A stretch of 64,000 nucleotides of DNA from an uncultured Thermoleophilia bacterium (lineage in GTDB: Bacteria; Actinomycetota; Thermoleophilia; UBA2241), in contig CAVQSP010000010.1 in NCBI GenBank assembly GCA_963715985.1, positions 224,001 through 288,000 of the forward strand. Direction: 5' to 3'. Below, piece by piece: positions 10,843-20,673 of this stretch. Under the pieces are notes generated by a model, which was not told the DNA's origin, made no database searches, and worked only from the letters and a program-made list of their open reading frames with translations. Position 1 is the stretch's first letter; the number at the start of each line of letters is the position of its first letter. The translations under genes and the position numbers were made by a program.

Positions 10843-10989
10843 GCGCGCCGCGCAGGACTGCCGGAGCGCGAACCGTATACAGGGCTGTACACTGGTAAAG
10901 TCCGTGTCCGTTTCTTCCGAAGTACACACAGCCGGATCCGCGCGCCCGTGCGGCTGGCGAGACGCTGGGCACCGGCCTAGGAGGCAGCG

Positions 10990-12561
10990 ATGAAGCGGCT
11001 CTTCAAGATCCTTTTGGGACTCTCCGTCGGGGCGGCCATCGGCATGCTGTTCGCTCCCAAGAGCGGCAAGGAACTGCGGCAGCAACTGCTCGGCACGGCC
11101 ACGGGCAGGATGCTGCCCGCCGCGCCGGTGGAGTTCCCCCAGCCCGAGCACGAACGCGACTGGGGCGGCACGGCGACCGCCGTGGCAGAACCGCCCGTGT
11201 TCGAGGCGGAGCCTTCGGTCGTCGAGGAGACGGTGATCGTCGAAGAGAAGGTCATCACCGATGAGGGTGTGGTCGAGGACCTGGTCACCATCGAGGAGCG
11301 CATCGTCACCCCCGAGGGCGAGGTCGTCGAGGAGACCGTCATCGAGGAGGAGACGCTCGTCATCGAGGAGGAGACGCTCGCCGTCGAGGGGCCCGTCGAC
11401 GGATCGGTGGACTTGCGCACGCGCATCGAGGAGACGCGCGCCGAGGTAGAGACATCCCTCGCCGAGCCGTTCGGCGGCGAGGCGCCGACGGAAGAGACTG
11501 AGACTGTCGGTCGACGAGATCGTGGTCGCCGAGGAGCCGGTCGCCGAGGAGGTCGTGGTCGCGGAAGAGACGGTGATCGAGGAGACCGTGGTCGAGGACA
11601 TCGACACCGGTGACGTGGTCGTCACGGAGAGCGTCACCGAGACGACCGTCTCTGAGCAGGCGGACGTGGAGGGACCTCCGCTCGAGGCGACCATGGAGCC
11701 GGCCGGCCCCGCCGTTCTCGAGGAACCGGCGCCGGCGTGGACGGCCGAGGCGGATGTGGTGGCCCCGCCCGAAGAGGCGGCGGCGCCGCTCGTAGAAGAG
11801 CACCCGGGCGCCCCCCGGGCTTGGGACAAGTGGGAGCATGAGAGGAGCCTGAGGGCGTCGCCGTCGAGGAGCCGGCGACGGCTGCGGTCGTCGAGGAGGT
11901 AGCGAGCGAGGTCGCCGAGGAGGCTTCGGTGATCGTCGCGGAGCCTGAGGTGGCGGCCGGCGACGCCGAACCGGCCTACGTCGCCCCCGAGCCTGAGGCA
12001 CCGGAGATCGAACCTGGGGTCGAGGCGGCCGTCGTGGAGGCGGCCGTCGTGGAGGCGGCCGTCGAGGACGGGCCGTCGTGGAGGCGGCCGTCGTGGATGA
12101 GACCGCGGCGCGGTCGCGGCGCCGAGGCCGCGGTCGCCGGATGCCCGCACCTCGAGGAGGTCGTCGTCGCCGAACCGGCGCCGGCGTTCGCCCCGGACGC
12201 TACGGTCGTGGAGCCGCCGATGGCTCCCGTGGCGGAGGCGGCCGTGATCGCGGAGGAGCCGGCGGTCGTCGCGGAAGAGCCCGCCCCCGTCGTCGAAGAG
12301 CCTGCTCCTGGGGCCGAGGAGCCTGCTCCGGCCGAGCCCGCAGCGGCCTCGACGGGCGCCATCGACCAAGCCGAGATGCGCCGCCGCATCGAAGAGACGA
12401 GGGCTCGTCTCAAGGCCAAGGCCTTCGACGCCATGATGAGCGGCGAGGCGGCGTTGCTGGGCCGCGACAGCGAGGGCCGGATTCCGGAACCGGAGGAGAT
12501 CAAGCTGGACGGCGACGTGGAGAGCACCATCGACGAGTCGCTGTCGCAGGAAGACTACTGA
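10990..12561 (+). CDS. YtxH-like membrane-anchored protein with long Glu/Val/Pro/Ala-rich region (frameshifted)
   Basis: GAAIGMLFAPKSGKELR YtxH signature; acidic repeats over ORFs 10990, 11522 and 11929; RBS GAGG. Confidence 0.7.
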
Positions 12562-12585
12562 GCCGGCGACCCAAGGCCGGCGAGT

Positions 12586-12626
12586 GACGAAGGGGGCGGG
12601 CGCCGCAGGCGCCCGCCCCCTTCGTC
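12586..12626. terminator. Perfect 19-bp hairpin between convergent genes
   Basis: GACGAAGGGGGCGGGCGCC-gca-GGCGCCCGCCCCCTTCGTC. Confidence 0.7.
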
Positions 12627-12650
12627 GTCCGCTCGCCGACGCGCCGCGGA

Positions 12651-14513
12651 TCAGCTCTGCAGATCGTCGTCCCGCGGCCGGCCGGTCGTGCCGCGCCGGC
12701 GCCGCGGCGCTGGTCGCGCGCCGGCCGCCGGCCTCGTGCGGCGCGGCGGCCTCGGCTCGCTGGTGAGCTGGGCGGCCCACTCCTCATCGGTCATGCGCTC
12801 AGGGCCGCGCCGCTCGATGGCGGGCCAGGAGAGCGCGCCGGGTGCCAGCCCGCGCTCGTGGAGCGTGTGCGCGAGCACGCCGGCCGTGGACAGGAACAGC
12901 ACGCCCAGCAGCACCGCCCCCGCCGGGATGGTGCGGTTCTCGAGGAGCAGGAAGAAGTACCACCAGACCCCGGCTCCCAGCTCGAGGCGCGTGGCGTAGT
13001 ACGCGAGCACGATGGCGATCATGACCAGCCCCAGATACGCGGGCAGGATCGAGCGCATCCAGCCGCCCGGTCTGGCGAGCGGCCACAGGATGCCCGCCGG
13101 CACCACCAGAAGCACGGCGTAGGGGTTCACCAGCATCGCGAGCAGCGCGATGGCCACGAGGATGCCGTGGGCCGCGAAGATCGTGGCGCGCGGGTCGGTG
13201 TGCACGCGCCGCCGAAGGCGGCGCTCCACTGCCACCGCGTACCAGTAGGCGAGGAGGAGCAGCGCCGCGAGGATGGCCACGCGCAGGTAGCGAGGGTTGC
13301 CGGCCAGTTGGGAGTCGGGCGGGATCACGGCGCCGGGACTCTTGGGCAGCTGCCCGACCAGGTTGGCGAGGTAGATGATGGCCAGCAGAACGAGCCACGG
13401 GGCGAAGTGGAGGGCTGCACGGACGCCGGCCGGCCGCAGGCGTATGCGCGCCCGGCGACAATGCGCGAAGAGGTCCACGGTGACGGCGAGCAGGGGCAGG
13501 AGGAGCGCCGCGAGCATGACGGCCAGCGACCCTCCCGGCAGCGTGCGCGTGTGCGTGAGGAAGATGGTGCCGCCGCTCGGCGCCCCTTGCGCGGTGAGGC
13601 CGTCGATGGCCATGAGCATCGCCTGCACCGCGGTGCCGACCTTGGTCAGCGTCTCCTTGGAGACGTTGGCCAGGGTGTCACTCTGGGGCGGGACCCTCTC
13701 GCCGGCCGCGGACACCGTGATGCCGGGCACGCCGCGCGCCACGAAGGGTCCCTGGCTGCCCGACCCGGTCGGCACCGCCAGGCGCACCACCTGCGCCGCG
13801 ATGGTGGGCAGCAGCGCCTCCATGTTGGCGTGGACGCGGGCCGCGGGTGCCGCCAGTTGCCAGAGCCAGGGCGGCGCCACCTTGGGAGCCGCGCTCCAGC
13901 CGTCCAGGCCGATGCCCTGGGGGTCGCGCGTGGCCACCTCCCGCAGGGCGATGACACCGTAGACGTTGTCCAGCTCGTGGTCCTCGGCGAAGTGCAGGGA
14001 GCCGAGCGCGCCGTACGCGTCGCCGCTGGTGCACAGGTAGATGAAGCTGTGGTCGTGGGCGGTGACGGTGAACGAGCGCGCGAGGGCGAGCATGGCGGCG
14101 ACTCCCGACGCGTTGTCGTTGGCGCCTTGGGTGGCCACGGCCGGCACGTCGCGATTGGCGATCACGATGACGGTACCGGGGACCGTCCCCCGGGAGATCG
14201 CCCACACGTTCTGCAGGGCGACGTCCTTGCCGTTGATGGTCGCCGGGAAGCTGTCGATGTGGGTCTCCAGCCCCATCTGCTTGAACTGCTGCACGATCCA
14301 CAGCGCGAGGCGGTTGTCGGGGTCGCTGCCCGCGACGCGTTGCGGGTAGTCCACGACGATGGTGCGCACGTCTGCGGCAGCTTGCTCGCCGTCGAACGAC
14401 ACGGGCTCGGAGCTGAGTTTGGGGGTGTCGGCGCTGCCCAGCGTGAAGAGGCAGACGACGATGAGGATGAAGGCCAGGACCCAGGCGGCTCTGTACACCT
14501 TGAGGTTGGGCAG
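12651..14513 (-). CDS. M28 peptidase-like membrane protein with multi-TM C-terminus
   Basis: GANDNASG motif, N-terminal TM and several C-terminal TM segments. Start is CTG 14513 (after AAGGAGG) or GTG 14498. Confidence 0.75.
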   Translation of the reverse strand: MPNLKVYRAAWVLAFILIVVCLFTLGSADTPKLSSEPVSFDGEQAAADVRTIVVDYPQRVAGSDPDNRLALWIVQQFKQMGLETHIDSFPATINGKDVALQNVWAISRGTVPGTVIVIANRDVPAVATQGANDNASGVAAMLALARSFTVTAHDHSFIYLCTSGDAYGALGSLHFAEDHELDNVYGVIALREVATRDPQGIGLDGWSAAPKVAPPWLWQLAAPAARVHANMEALLPTIAAQVVRLAVPTGSGSQGPFVARGVPGITVSAAGERVPPQSDTLANVSKETLTKVGTAVQAMLMAIDGLTAQGAPSGGTIFLTHTRTLPGGSLAVMLAALLLPLLAVTVDLFAHCRRARIRLRPAGVRAALHFAPWLVLLAIIYLANLVGQLPKSPGAVIPPDSQLAGNPRYLRVAILAALLLLAYWYAVAVERRLRRRVHTDPRATIFAAHGILVAIALLAMLVNPYAVLLVVPAGILWPLARPGGWMRSILPAYLGLVMIAIVLAYYATRLELGAGVWWYFFLLLENRTIPAGAVLLGVLFLSTAGVLAHTLHERGLAPGALSWPAIERRGPERMTDEEWAAQLTSEPRPPRRTRPAAGARPAPRRRRGTTGRPRDDDLQS

Positions 14514-14569
14514 GGAGGACCTCCTTGGGCGTGCCGTGCATCCTATCAGACGCAGGATAAAATGGATTC

Positions 14570-15274
14570 ATGACTCCCCCCGTTCGCATCCTCGTCGTCG
14601 AGGACGAGGCGCACATCGCAGAAGTCGTGCAGAGCTACCTGGAACGCGAAGGCCACATGGTGGCGTGGGCGGCTTCGGGCGAGGACGGCCTGGATGACTT
14701 CGACCGTCGCCGCCCCGATCTCGTCGTGCTCGACCTCAACCTGCCGGGCATCTCCGGCGAGGACGTGTGCCGGCGCATCCGCGCCGGCTCGGACGTACCG
14801 ATCATCATGCTCACGGCGCGCGACGGGGAGGAGGACCTGGTCAAGGGCCTCGAGCTGGGCGCGGACGACTACCTCACCAAGCCCTTCAGCCCACGGGAGC
14901 TCACGGCGCGCGTGCGCGCCCTCCTGCGGCGGGCGCGCAGCGATGAGACTCCGCAGGCCGACGTGCTGGAGCGCGCCGGCGGGCGGCTGGTGCTGGACAC
15001 CGCCCGCCGGCGCGTCACCCTGGACGGTGAGCCCGTCGATCTCACCGAGTCCGAGTTCCGCCTGCTGCAGACCCTGGCGCGCTTCCCCGGCCGCGTGTAC
15101 ACGCGCTTCGAGCTCGTCGAGAAGGTCCAGGGCTACGAGTACGAAGGCTACGAGCGCACCATCGACGCGCACGTCAAGAACCTGCGCCACAAGCTCGGGG
15201 AGGACGCCCGCCGCCCCGAGCTCGTACAGACCGTGTACGGCCGCGGGTACTGCTTCGCGGAGGATCAGAGATGA
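14570..15274 (+). CDS. OmpR-family response regulator
   Basis: VVEDE, LDLNLPG, IMLTAR, GADDYLTKPF and ERTIDAHVKNLR. Confidence 0.95.
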   Translation: MTPPVRILVVEDEAHIAEVVQSYLEREGHMVAWAASGEDGLDDFDRRRPDLVVLDLNLPGISGEDVCRRIRAGSDVPIIMLTARDGEEDLVKGLELGADDYLTKPFSPRELTARVRALLRRARSDETPQADVLERAGGRLVLDTARRRVTLDGEPVDLTESEFRLLQTLARFPGRVYTRFELVEKVQGYEYEGYERTIDAHVKNLRHKLGEDARRPELVQTVYGRGYCFAEDQR

Positions 15275-16752
15275 AGCGCGGTCTGCGCGTCCGCCTGGCC
15301 CTCACCCACGCGCTCGTCGCGTTGCTCGCCATCGTCATCGTGGCGGTCATCGTCAACGTCGTGGGCGGGCGCAACTTCGATCAGTACCTCGCCAAGGTCC
15401 AGCGCGCCCGCAACGAGGCTGTGGTAGGCACGCTGGCGCAGACGTACAAGGCGCCGGACGGGTGGGATGCGGCGGCCGTCTTCGCCCTCAGCCGCGTCGC
15501 CATGGCCAACAACGTCGACGTGGCCGTGTACTCTCTCGACGGCCAGCTCCTGTTCACGGTGCAGGGCCGGCACATGGGCCGGGGCATGATGAACGGCATG
15601 ATGGGCGGCGGCAACGGCATGATGGGCGGAGGGGCCGCGGGCACGCCGGCCGAGTCGCCGTCGCCGGTCACTTCGGGCTACGGTGCCGGCCAGTTCTCGG
15701 TGCAGAGCTTCCCCGTGCTGGTGAACGGGCAGAAGGTGGCCACCGCGGAGGTGTACGCGCCGGCCGGGGTGCGCGCCGCCGCGGAGTCGGCGTACCAGAG
15801 CGCGCTCACCAAGAACCTCATCGTCGCCGCCGTCGCCGCGGCGATCATCGCCTTCCTCATCAGCCTTGTGGTGAGCCGGCGCATCACGGCGCCGCTGGAG
15901 GAGCTCACCGACGCGGCCGCGGACGTGGCCACCGGCAACTTCGACGTGCGCGTGTCGCCGCGCGCCGACGACGAAGTGGGTGCGCTCGCCAGCGCCTTCA
16001 ACGCCATGGCCGACCGCCTGGCGCGCGACGAACAGTGGCGCCGCGACATGACCGCCGACCTCTCGCACGAGCTGCGTACCCCGCTGGCCACCATCCAGTC
16101 GCGTATCGAGGCGCTCGAGGACGGCGTGCTGCCGGCCACTCCGGAGAACCTGCGCGTCATCGGCGCCGAGGTCGAGCGCCTGGGCCGCCTGCTCGGCGCT
16201 CTGCGCAACCTCAACGAGCTGGAGAGCGAGGACCTCGACGTGGAGCACGATCCGCTCGACCTCGGCGAAGTGACCGGCGACGCGGTGGCGCGCGCTGAGA
16301 CCGCCTTCACGGCCAAGGGGGTCGCGCTGGAGAGCCGGCTCTCCGACGTCGTCGTGCGAGCGGACCGCGACCGGTTGCTGCAGGTCGCCGCCAACCTCCT
16401 CGACAACGCGCTCAAGTTCACACCCGAGGGGGGCCGCGTGGAGGTCGTCGTCGCCCTCGGAGACGGCCCATCGGCGGGCGCGCCCGCGGAGGGGCCGCGC
16501 CTGCCGATGCAGGACGGGGGCCGCTGGGCCGTGCTCACGGTGAGCGACAGCGGGGCCGGCATCGACCCGGTCGACCTGCCCTTCATCTTCGACCGCTTCT
16601 ACCGCTCGCAGGCGGCGCGCACCACGCAGGGCGTCGGCCTGGGTCTTGCCATCGCCCGCGGCCTCGTGGAGGCGCAGGGCGGCGTCGTCGAGGCCGCCGC
16701 CGGCCCGCTTGGCGGAGCCCTGTTCACCGTCCGTCTGCCGGCGGTGAGCTAG
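15271..16752 (+). CDS. HAMP sensor histidine kinase (BaeS-like)
   Basis: Two TMs, HAMP, SHELRTPL H-box, NLLDNALKF, DSGAGI, FDRFYR and GLGLAI. Confidence 0.95.
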   Translation: MKRGLRVRLALTHALVALLAIVIVAVIVNVVGGRNFDQYLAKVQRARNEAVVGTLAQTYKAPDGWDAAAVFALSRVAMANNVDVAVYSLDGQLLFTVQGRHMGRGMMNGMMGGGNGMMGGGAAGTPAESPSPVTSGYGAGQFSVQSFPVLVNGQKVATAEVYAPAGVRAAAESAYQSALTKNLIVAAVAAAIIAFLISLVVSRRITAPLEELTDAAADVATGNFDVRVSPRADDEVGALASAFNAMADRLARDEQWRRDMTADLSHELRTPLATIQSRIEALEDGVLPATPENLRVIGAEVERLGRLLGALRNLNELESEDLDVEHDPLDLGEVTGDAVARAETAFTAKGVALESRLSDVVVRADRDRLLQVAANLLDNALKFTPEGGRVEVVVALGDGPSAGAPAEGPRLPMQDGGRWAVLTVSDSGAGIDPVDLPFIFDRFYRSQAARTTQGVGLGLAIARGLVEAQGGVVEAAAGPLGGALFTVRLPAVS

Positions 16753-16755
16753 GCC

Positions 16756-17799
16756 GTGCGCGAGCTCCTGGACAGCGCCCTCGCGCTGCTCGCGCGACGC
16801 GAACCGTTCGTGCTCGTCACCCTCGTCTCCAAGCAAGGGTCGGCGCCGCGCTCGGCCGGCGCGCGCATGCTCGTGCGCCGCGATGGCACCATCGCCGGCA
16901 CGGTGGGGGGCGGCCTCCTGGAGGCTACCGTCATCCGTGAGGCCGCGGACGTGCTCGCCACAGGCGTTTCGCGCGTCACGGCAGTGGATCTCGGTGGCCC
17001 GTCTGTGGGCAGCGCGGAGATGATCTGCGGGGGCGCCACGCTGCTGCTCGTGGCCTGCGTCTCACCCGGCGACGCCGAGCTCGCAGCGGTGCTCGAGGCT
17101 CTGCGCGCAGCGGTAGCCGGCGAGCGGCCCGCGCGGCTGTTCACCTTCTTCACCGCGGACCCCGGCCCCACGGACGTCGCCTACTGCCTGCTGCCGGAAG
17201 GTGGCGATCCCGTCGGCGCCGCGCCGCTTGCTCCCGCTGGACTCGAGGCGCTGGCGGGGGAGTCGCTGCGGCACGGCCTGGTCACGCTGCCCGACGGCAG
17301 GGCCCTCACGGTGGAGGCGGTCGTGCCGGCGGTGACGGTCGTCGTCTGTGGCGCTGGGCACGTGGGTCAGACGCTCGCCCCAGCCGCCGCCGCCGCTGGG
17401 TTCCGCGTCGTGGTGCTCGACGACCGCGCCGAGTTCGCCTCCGCGGCACGCTTCGGCGAGACCGTCGAGGTGCGGGTGCTCGAGAGCTTCGACGACGCCC
17501 TCGCCCAGCTCGACGTCACCCCGCACACGTTCGTCGTCATCGTGACGCGCGGCCACGCGCACGACTACACCGTGCTCACCCAGGCGTTGCGCTCCCGCGC
17601 CGGCTACATCGGCCTGATGGGCAGCTCGGCCAAGCGCGCCAAGGTGTTCACGGCGCTGCGCGACGACGGCTTCTCGGAACACGACCTGGAGCGGGTCTTC
17701 ACGCCCATCGGCATCGCCATCGGTGCGGAGACCCCGGCCGAGTTGGCCGTGAGCATCACGGCCGAGCTCATCAAGGTGCGGGCCGAGACCCGCGCGTGA
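16756..17799 (+). CDS. XdhC/CoxI family molybdoenzyme accessory protein
   Basis: GSAPR, GTVGGG, MICGG, GAGHVG, TRGHAHD, YIGLMGS and IGAETPAELAVSI. Confidence 0.92.
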   Translation: MRELLDSALALLARREPFVLVTLVSKQGSAPRSAGARMLVRRDGTIAGTVGGGLLEATVIREAADVLATGVSRVTAVDLGGPSVGSAEMICGGATLLLVACVSPGDAELAAVLEALRAAVAGERPARLFTFFTADPGPTDVAYCLLPEGGDPVGAAPLAPAGLEALAGESLRHGLVTLPDGRALTVEAVVPAVTVVVCGAGHVGQTLAPAAAAAGFRVVVLDDRAEFASAARFGETVEVRVLESFDDALAQLDVTPHTFVVIVTRGHAHDYTVLTQALRSRAGYIGLMGSSAKRAKVFTALRDDGFSEHDLERVFTPIGIAIGAETPAELAVSITAELIKVRAETRA

Positions 17800-18929
17800 A
17801 CGCGCCGGAGCTGCGCGCCGTGGTCCTCGCCGGCGGCGCCTCTACGCGCATGGGGGCGCCCAAGGCGCTCCTCCCAGTGGACGGGGTGCCGGCGGTGCTC
17901 CGCGTCACGGGCGCGTACCGCGAGGTGGGTGTGGAGCCGCTGGTCGTCCTCGGGCACGATCCCGACCCCGTCGCGGCGCTGCTCCGGGAGCACGGCGTCG
18001 ATGCGGTCGTCAACGAGCGCCACGCCGAGGGCATGTTCTCCTCGGTCAGGTGTGGCGCGCGCGAGCTCGGCGGCGGGACGCGCGCCTTCTTCGTGCACCC
18101 GGTCGACTGCGTGCTTGTGCGTCCGGAGACCCTGGCGCTGCTGGCGCGCAGCGAGGCGGCCGGCCGGGCGGTCGTGTACCCGTGCCATGCAGGCCGACGG
18201 GGCCACCCGCCGCTCCTGCCCATCGCGCTGCGGGAGGCCATCCTCGCCCGTGCCCCCGCCGGCGGCCTCAGGGAGTTGCTCGCAGGCGCCGGCATGGATC
18301 AGCACGACGTCGACGTCGACGATCCGCACGTGCTGGAGGACATGGACCGGCCCGCCGATCTCGACCGCCTGCGCGAGGATGCGGCGCGCGAGCGCCTGCC
18401 GGGGCCGGAGGAGTGCCGCGCCCTGTTGGCGCGGCACCACACGCCGGCCCCGGTGGTCGCGCACGCGGAGACCGTGGCGGTCGTAGCCGGCCGCCTGGGC
18501 GCAGCCCTGCGGGCGGCCGGCGTCTGCCTGGACCTGCGGCTGCTGGAGGCGGCGGCGCTCACGCACGACATCGCGCGCGCCGCCGCTGCCCACGCCGCCG
18601 CCGGCGCCGCCGTGCTGGACGCCGCAGGCTACCCGCGCGTGGCCGCCGTGGTGCGCCACCACATGGACCTGCCCGCCCGCGAGCCCGGCGAGCCCGGCGA
18701 GGCGGAGGTGCTCTACCTGGCCGACAAGCTCACGCAGGGGACGGAGATCGTGAGCCTTGCGCGCAAGGAGGCGCGCGCCGAGGAGCTGTTCGGCGGCGAC
18801 GCGGCCGCCCTCGCCGGTGCGCGTCTCCGGCTGGCGGACGCCCGCACCGTCGCCCGGCGCGTCGAGGAGCTCGTCGGGCGGCCGCTGGCGGTCGTCGTGG
18901 CCGGCGACCACGGCGGGCCCGCGCGGTGA
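17796..18929 (+). CDS. MocA/MobA-like NTP transferase fused to HD domain
   Basis: LAGGASTRMGAPKALL, GMFSSV, HPVD and GHPP; C-terminal HAETV...LTHDIAR...YLADK. Confidence 0.85.
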   Translation: MNAPELRAVVLAGGASTRMGAPKALLPVDGVPAVLRVTGAYREVGVEPLVVLGHDPDPVAALLREHGVDAVVNERHAEGMFSSVRCGARELGGGTRAFFVHPVDCVLVRPETLALLARSEAAGRAVVYPCHAGRRGHPPLLPIALREAILARAPAGGLRELLAGAGMDQHDVDVDDPHVLEDMDRPADLDRLREDAARERLPGPEECRALLARHHTPAPVVAHAETVAVVAGRLGAALRAAGVCLDLRLLEAAALTHDIARAAAAHAAAGAAVLDAAGYPRVAAVVRHHMDLPAREPGEPGEAEVLYLADKLTQGTEIVSLARKEARAEELFGGDAAALAGARLRLADARTVARRVEELVGRPLAVVVAGDHGGPAR

Positions 18930-19687
18930 ACGCATCCGCACCCGCGGGGGTCCTCGCCTTCGACCTCGACGGCACCGTGCTGGACGCCGCCGGCCAGCCG
19001 GCGTCCGGAATCATCGACGCCCTGCGCGATCTCGCGGCGTCCGGCGTCCTGCTGGTGCCCTGCACGGGGCGGCCGCTGCACGGAGCCGTGCGCGCGGCGG
19101 CCGCGCTCGAAGCCGCTCCGGCCGCGTTCGTCGCCTATCACGGTGCGCTCGTGACCGACGCGGCCACGGGCCGATGGCTCCGCCACTTCTCGCTTCCGCC
19201 CGACCTCGCGGCCCGGCTGCCCCGGCAGGCTCTGGGCGACGGGCTGGAGGTCTCGCTGTACGTCGGCGACGAGCGCGTCGACATCGCCCCCGGCGACTCG
19301 ACGGAGCTGCCTGCGGACTCGCCCGGCGTCACGCGCCTGGTGCTCGCCGGCGCGCCGGCGAGGGTCGTGACGTCGATGCCGCTGCTGGACGAGGCGCGCG
19401 CCTGCGGCCTGCGCCTCGACCCGGTCCGGCCCGGGGTGGTCGTCGTGTTGCCGGGCGCCGCCGACAAAGGCGAGGGCCTGCGGCTGGCCGTCGCCCACCT
19501 GGGCGCCGACCCGGCGCGTGTGGTCGCCTGCGGCGACTCGACGAACGACATCACGCTGCTGCTCGTCGCCGCCCACGGCATCGCCGTCGGCGACGCGCCG
19601 CCTCAGTTGAGGCGCGTCGCCGAGCTGACGGTGCCGCAGGACGAGCTGGCCGGCGCGCTGCGGCACATGTTCGCCCGGCTGCGCTGA
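18926..19687 (+). CDS. Cof-type HAD hydrolase
   Basis: FDLDGTVL, CTGR, DKG and CGDSTND; GTGA overlap with the upstream gene. Confidence 0.85.
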   Translation: MNASAPAGVLAFDLDGTVLDAAGQPASGIIDALRDLAASGVLLVPCTGRPLHGAVRAAAALEAAPAAFVAYHGALVTDAATGRWLRHFSLPPDLAARLPRQALGDGLEVSLYVGDERVDIAPGDSTELPADSPGVTRLVLAGAPARVVTSMPLLDEARACGLRLDPVRPGVVVVLPGAADKGEGLRLAVAHLGADPARVVACGDSTNDITLLLVAAHGIAVGDAPPQLRRVAELTVPQDELAGALRHMFARLR

Positions 19688-19801
19688 CGAGCTCTTCACC
19701 TGTGCGACCCCATTGTGCGGGGTCGTCGCTCGTCGTAGCCTGCCACCGCGGCATGCGACGTACGCCGCGGTGCACCGTCACGAGGCCGGACAGGAGCCGC
19801 C

Positions 19802-20659
19802 ATGGCAGACCCACCCTTCGTCTCGAACTCCACCGGGCGGCTGCGCAAGGTCCTCCTGTGTCCCCCCACGTATTTCGGCTTCCTCCCGATCAACGAGATC
19901 ACCAAAGGCGTGCTCGCCCACGGCGAGACCCCGGACCTCGAGGCGTTCGCGCGCGAGCACGCCGAGCTCGTCGAGGCCTATCGCGCGGCCGGGGTGGAGG
20001 TCGTGCTCGCCGACCCCGTGCCCGGCCTCTCGTACATGGTCTACGCCCGCGACTTCGGCGCCTGCCTCGCCGAGGGCGTGCTCATCGGCAGCTTCAAGGA
20101 ACCGCCGCGCCAGGGCGAGGAGCTCCACTACGAACGCACCGTCCGCGATCTGGGCCTGCCGGTGATCGGGCACGTCACGCGGGGCGCCTTCGAGGGCGGC
20201 GACTTCTGGTACCTGGACGACGCCACCATCGTGCAGGGCGTGGTCGCGCGCACCACGTGGGACGGCGTCCGCAGCGCGGCGGCCATCCTCGAACCGCTGG
20301 GCTACACCGTGACCGGCGTGCAGCTCGCCTCCAGGAACCTGCACCTCGACATGGCGTTCAACATCGTGGCCCCCGGTCTGGCCGTCTGCGCCACGGAGCA
20401 GATGCCCGCGTTCTTCCTGCGCATGCTGCGCAAGCGCCGCTTCGAGCTGATCGACGTGCCCAGCGAGGGGGTCTTCAAGCACCACTGCAACGTGCAGTGT
20501 CTCGGCGACGGCCGCGTGCTCACCTTTGCCGGCAACACTGCCGTCAACGCCAGGCTCAAGGCGCTCGGTCTCGAGGTGCTGACTCCCGAGATCACGCACA
20601 TCCTCAAGGGCGGGGGCGGCCCGCACTGCATGACGTTCCCGCTCCTTCGCGACCCGTGA
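19802..20659 (+). CDS. Pentein superfamily guanidino-modifying enzyme (DDAH/arginine deiminase/amidinotransferase-like)
   Basis: YARD, FEGGD, HLD and GGGPHCMT catalytic Cys motif. Confidence 0.88.
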   Translation: MADPPFVSNSTGRLRKVLLCPPTYFGFLPINEITKGVLAHGETPDLEAFAREHAELVEAYRAAGVEVVLADPVPGLSYMVYARDFGACLAEGVLIGSFKEPPRQGEELHYERTVRDLGLPVIGHVTRGAFEGGDFWYLDDATIVQGVVARTTWDGVRSAAAILEPLGYTVTGVQLASRNLHLDMAFNIVAPGLAVCATEQMPAFFLRMLRKRRFELIDVPSEGVFKHHCNVQCLGDGRVLTFAGNTAVNARLKALGLEVLTPEITHILKGGGGPHCMTFPLLRDP

Positions 20660-20673
20660 GCGGGGAGGCACCT

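Noticed and set aside
19690-19801. Guanidine-II riboswitch
   Set aside because: Only one weak ACGA-capped stem is present; the motif needs two ACGR hairpins.
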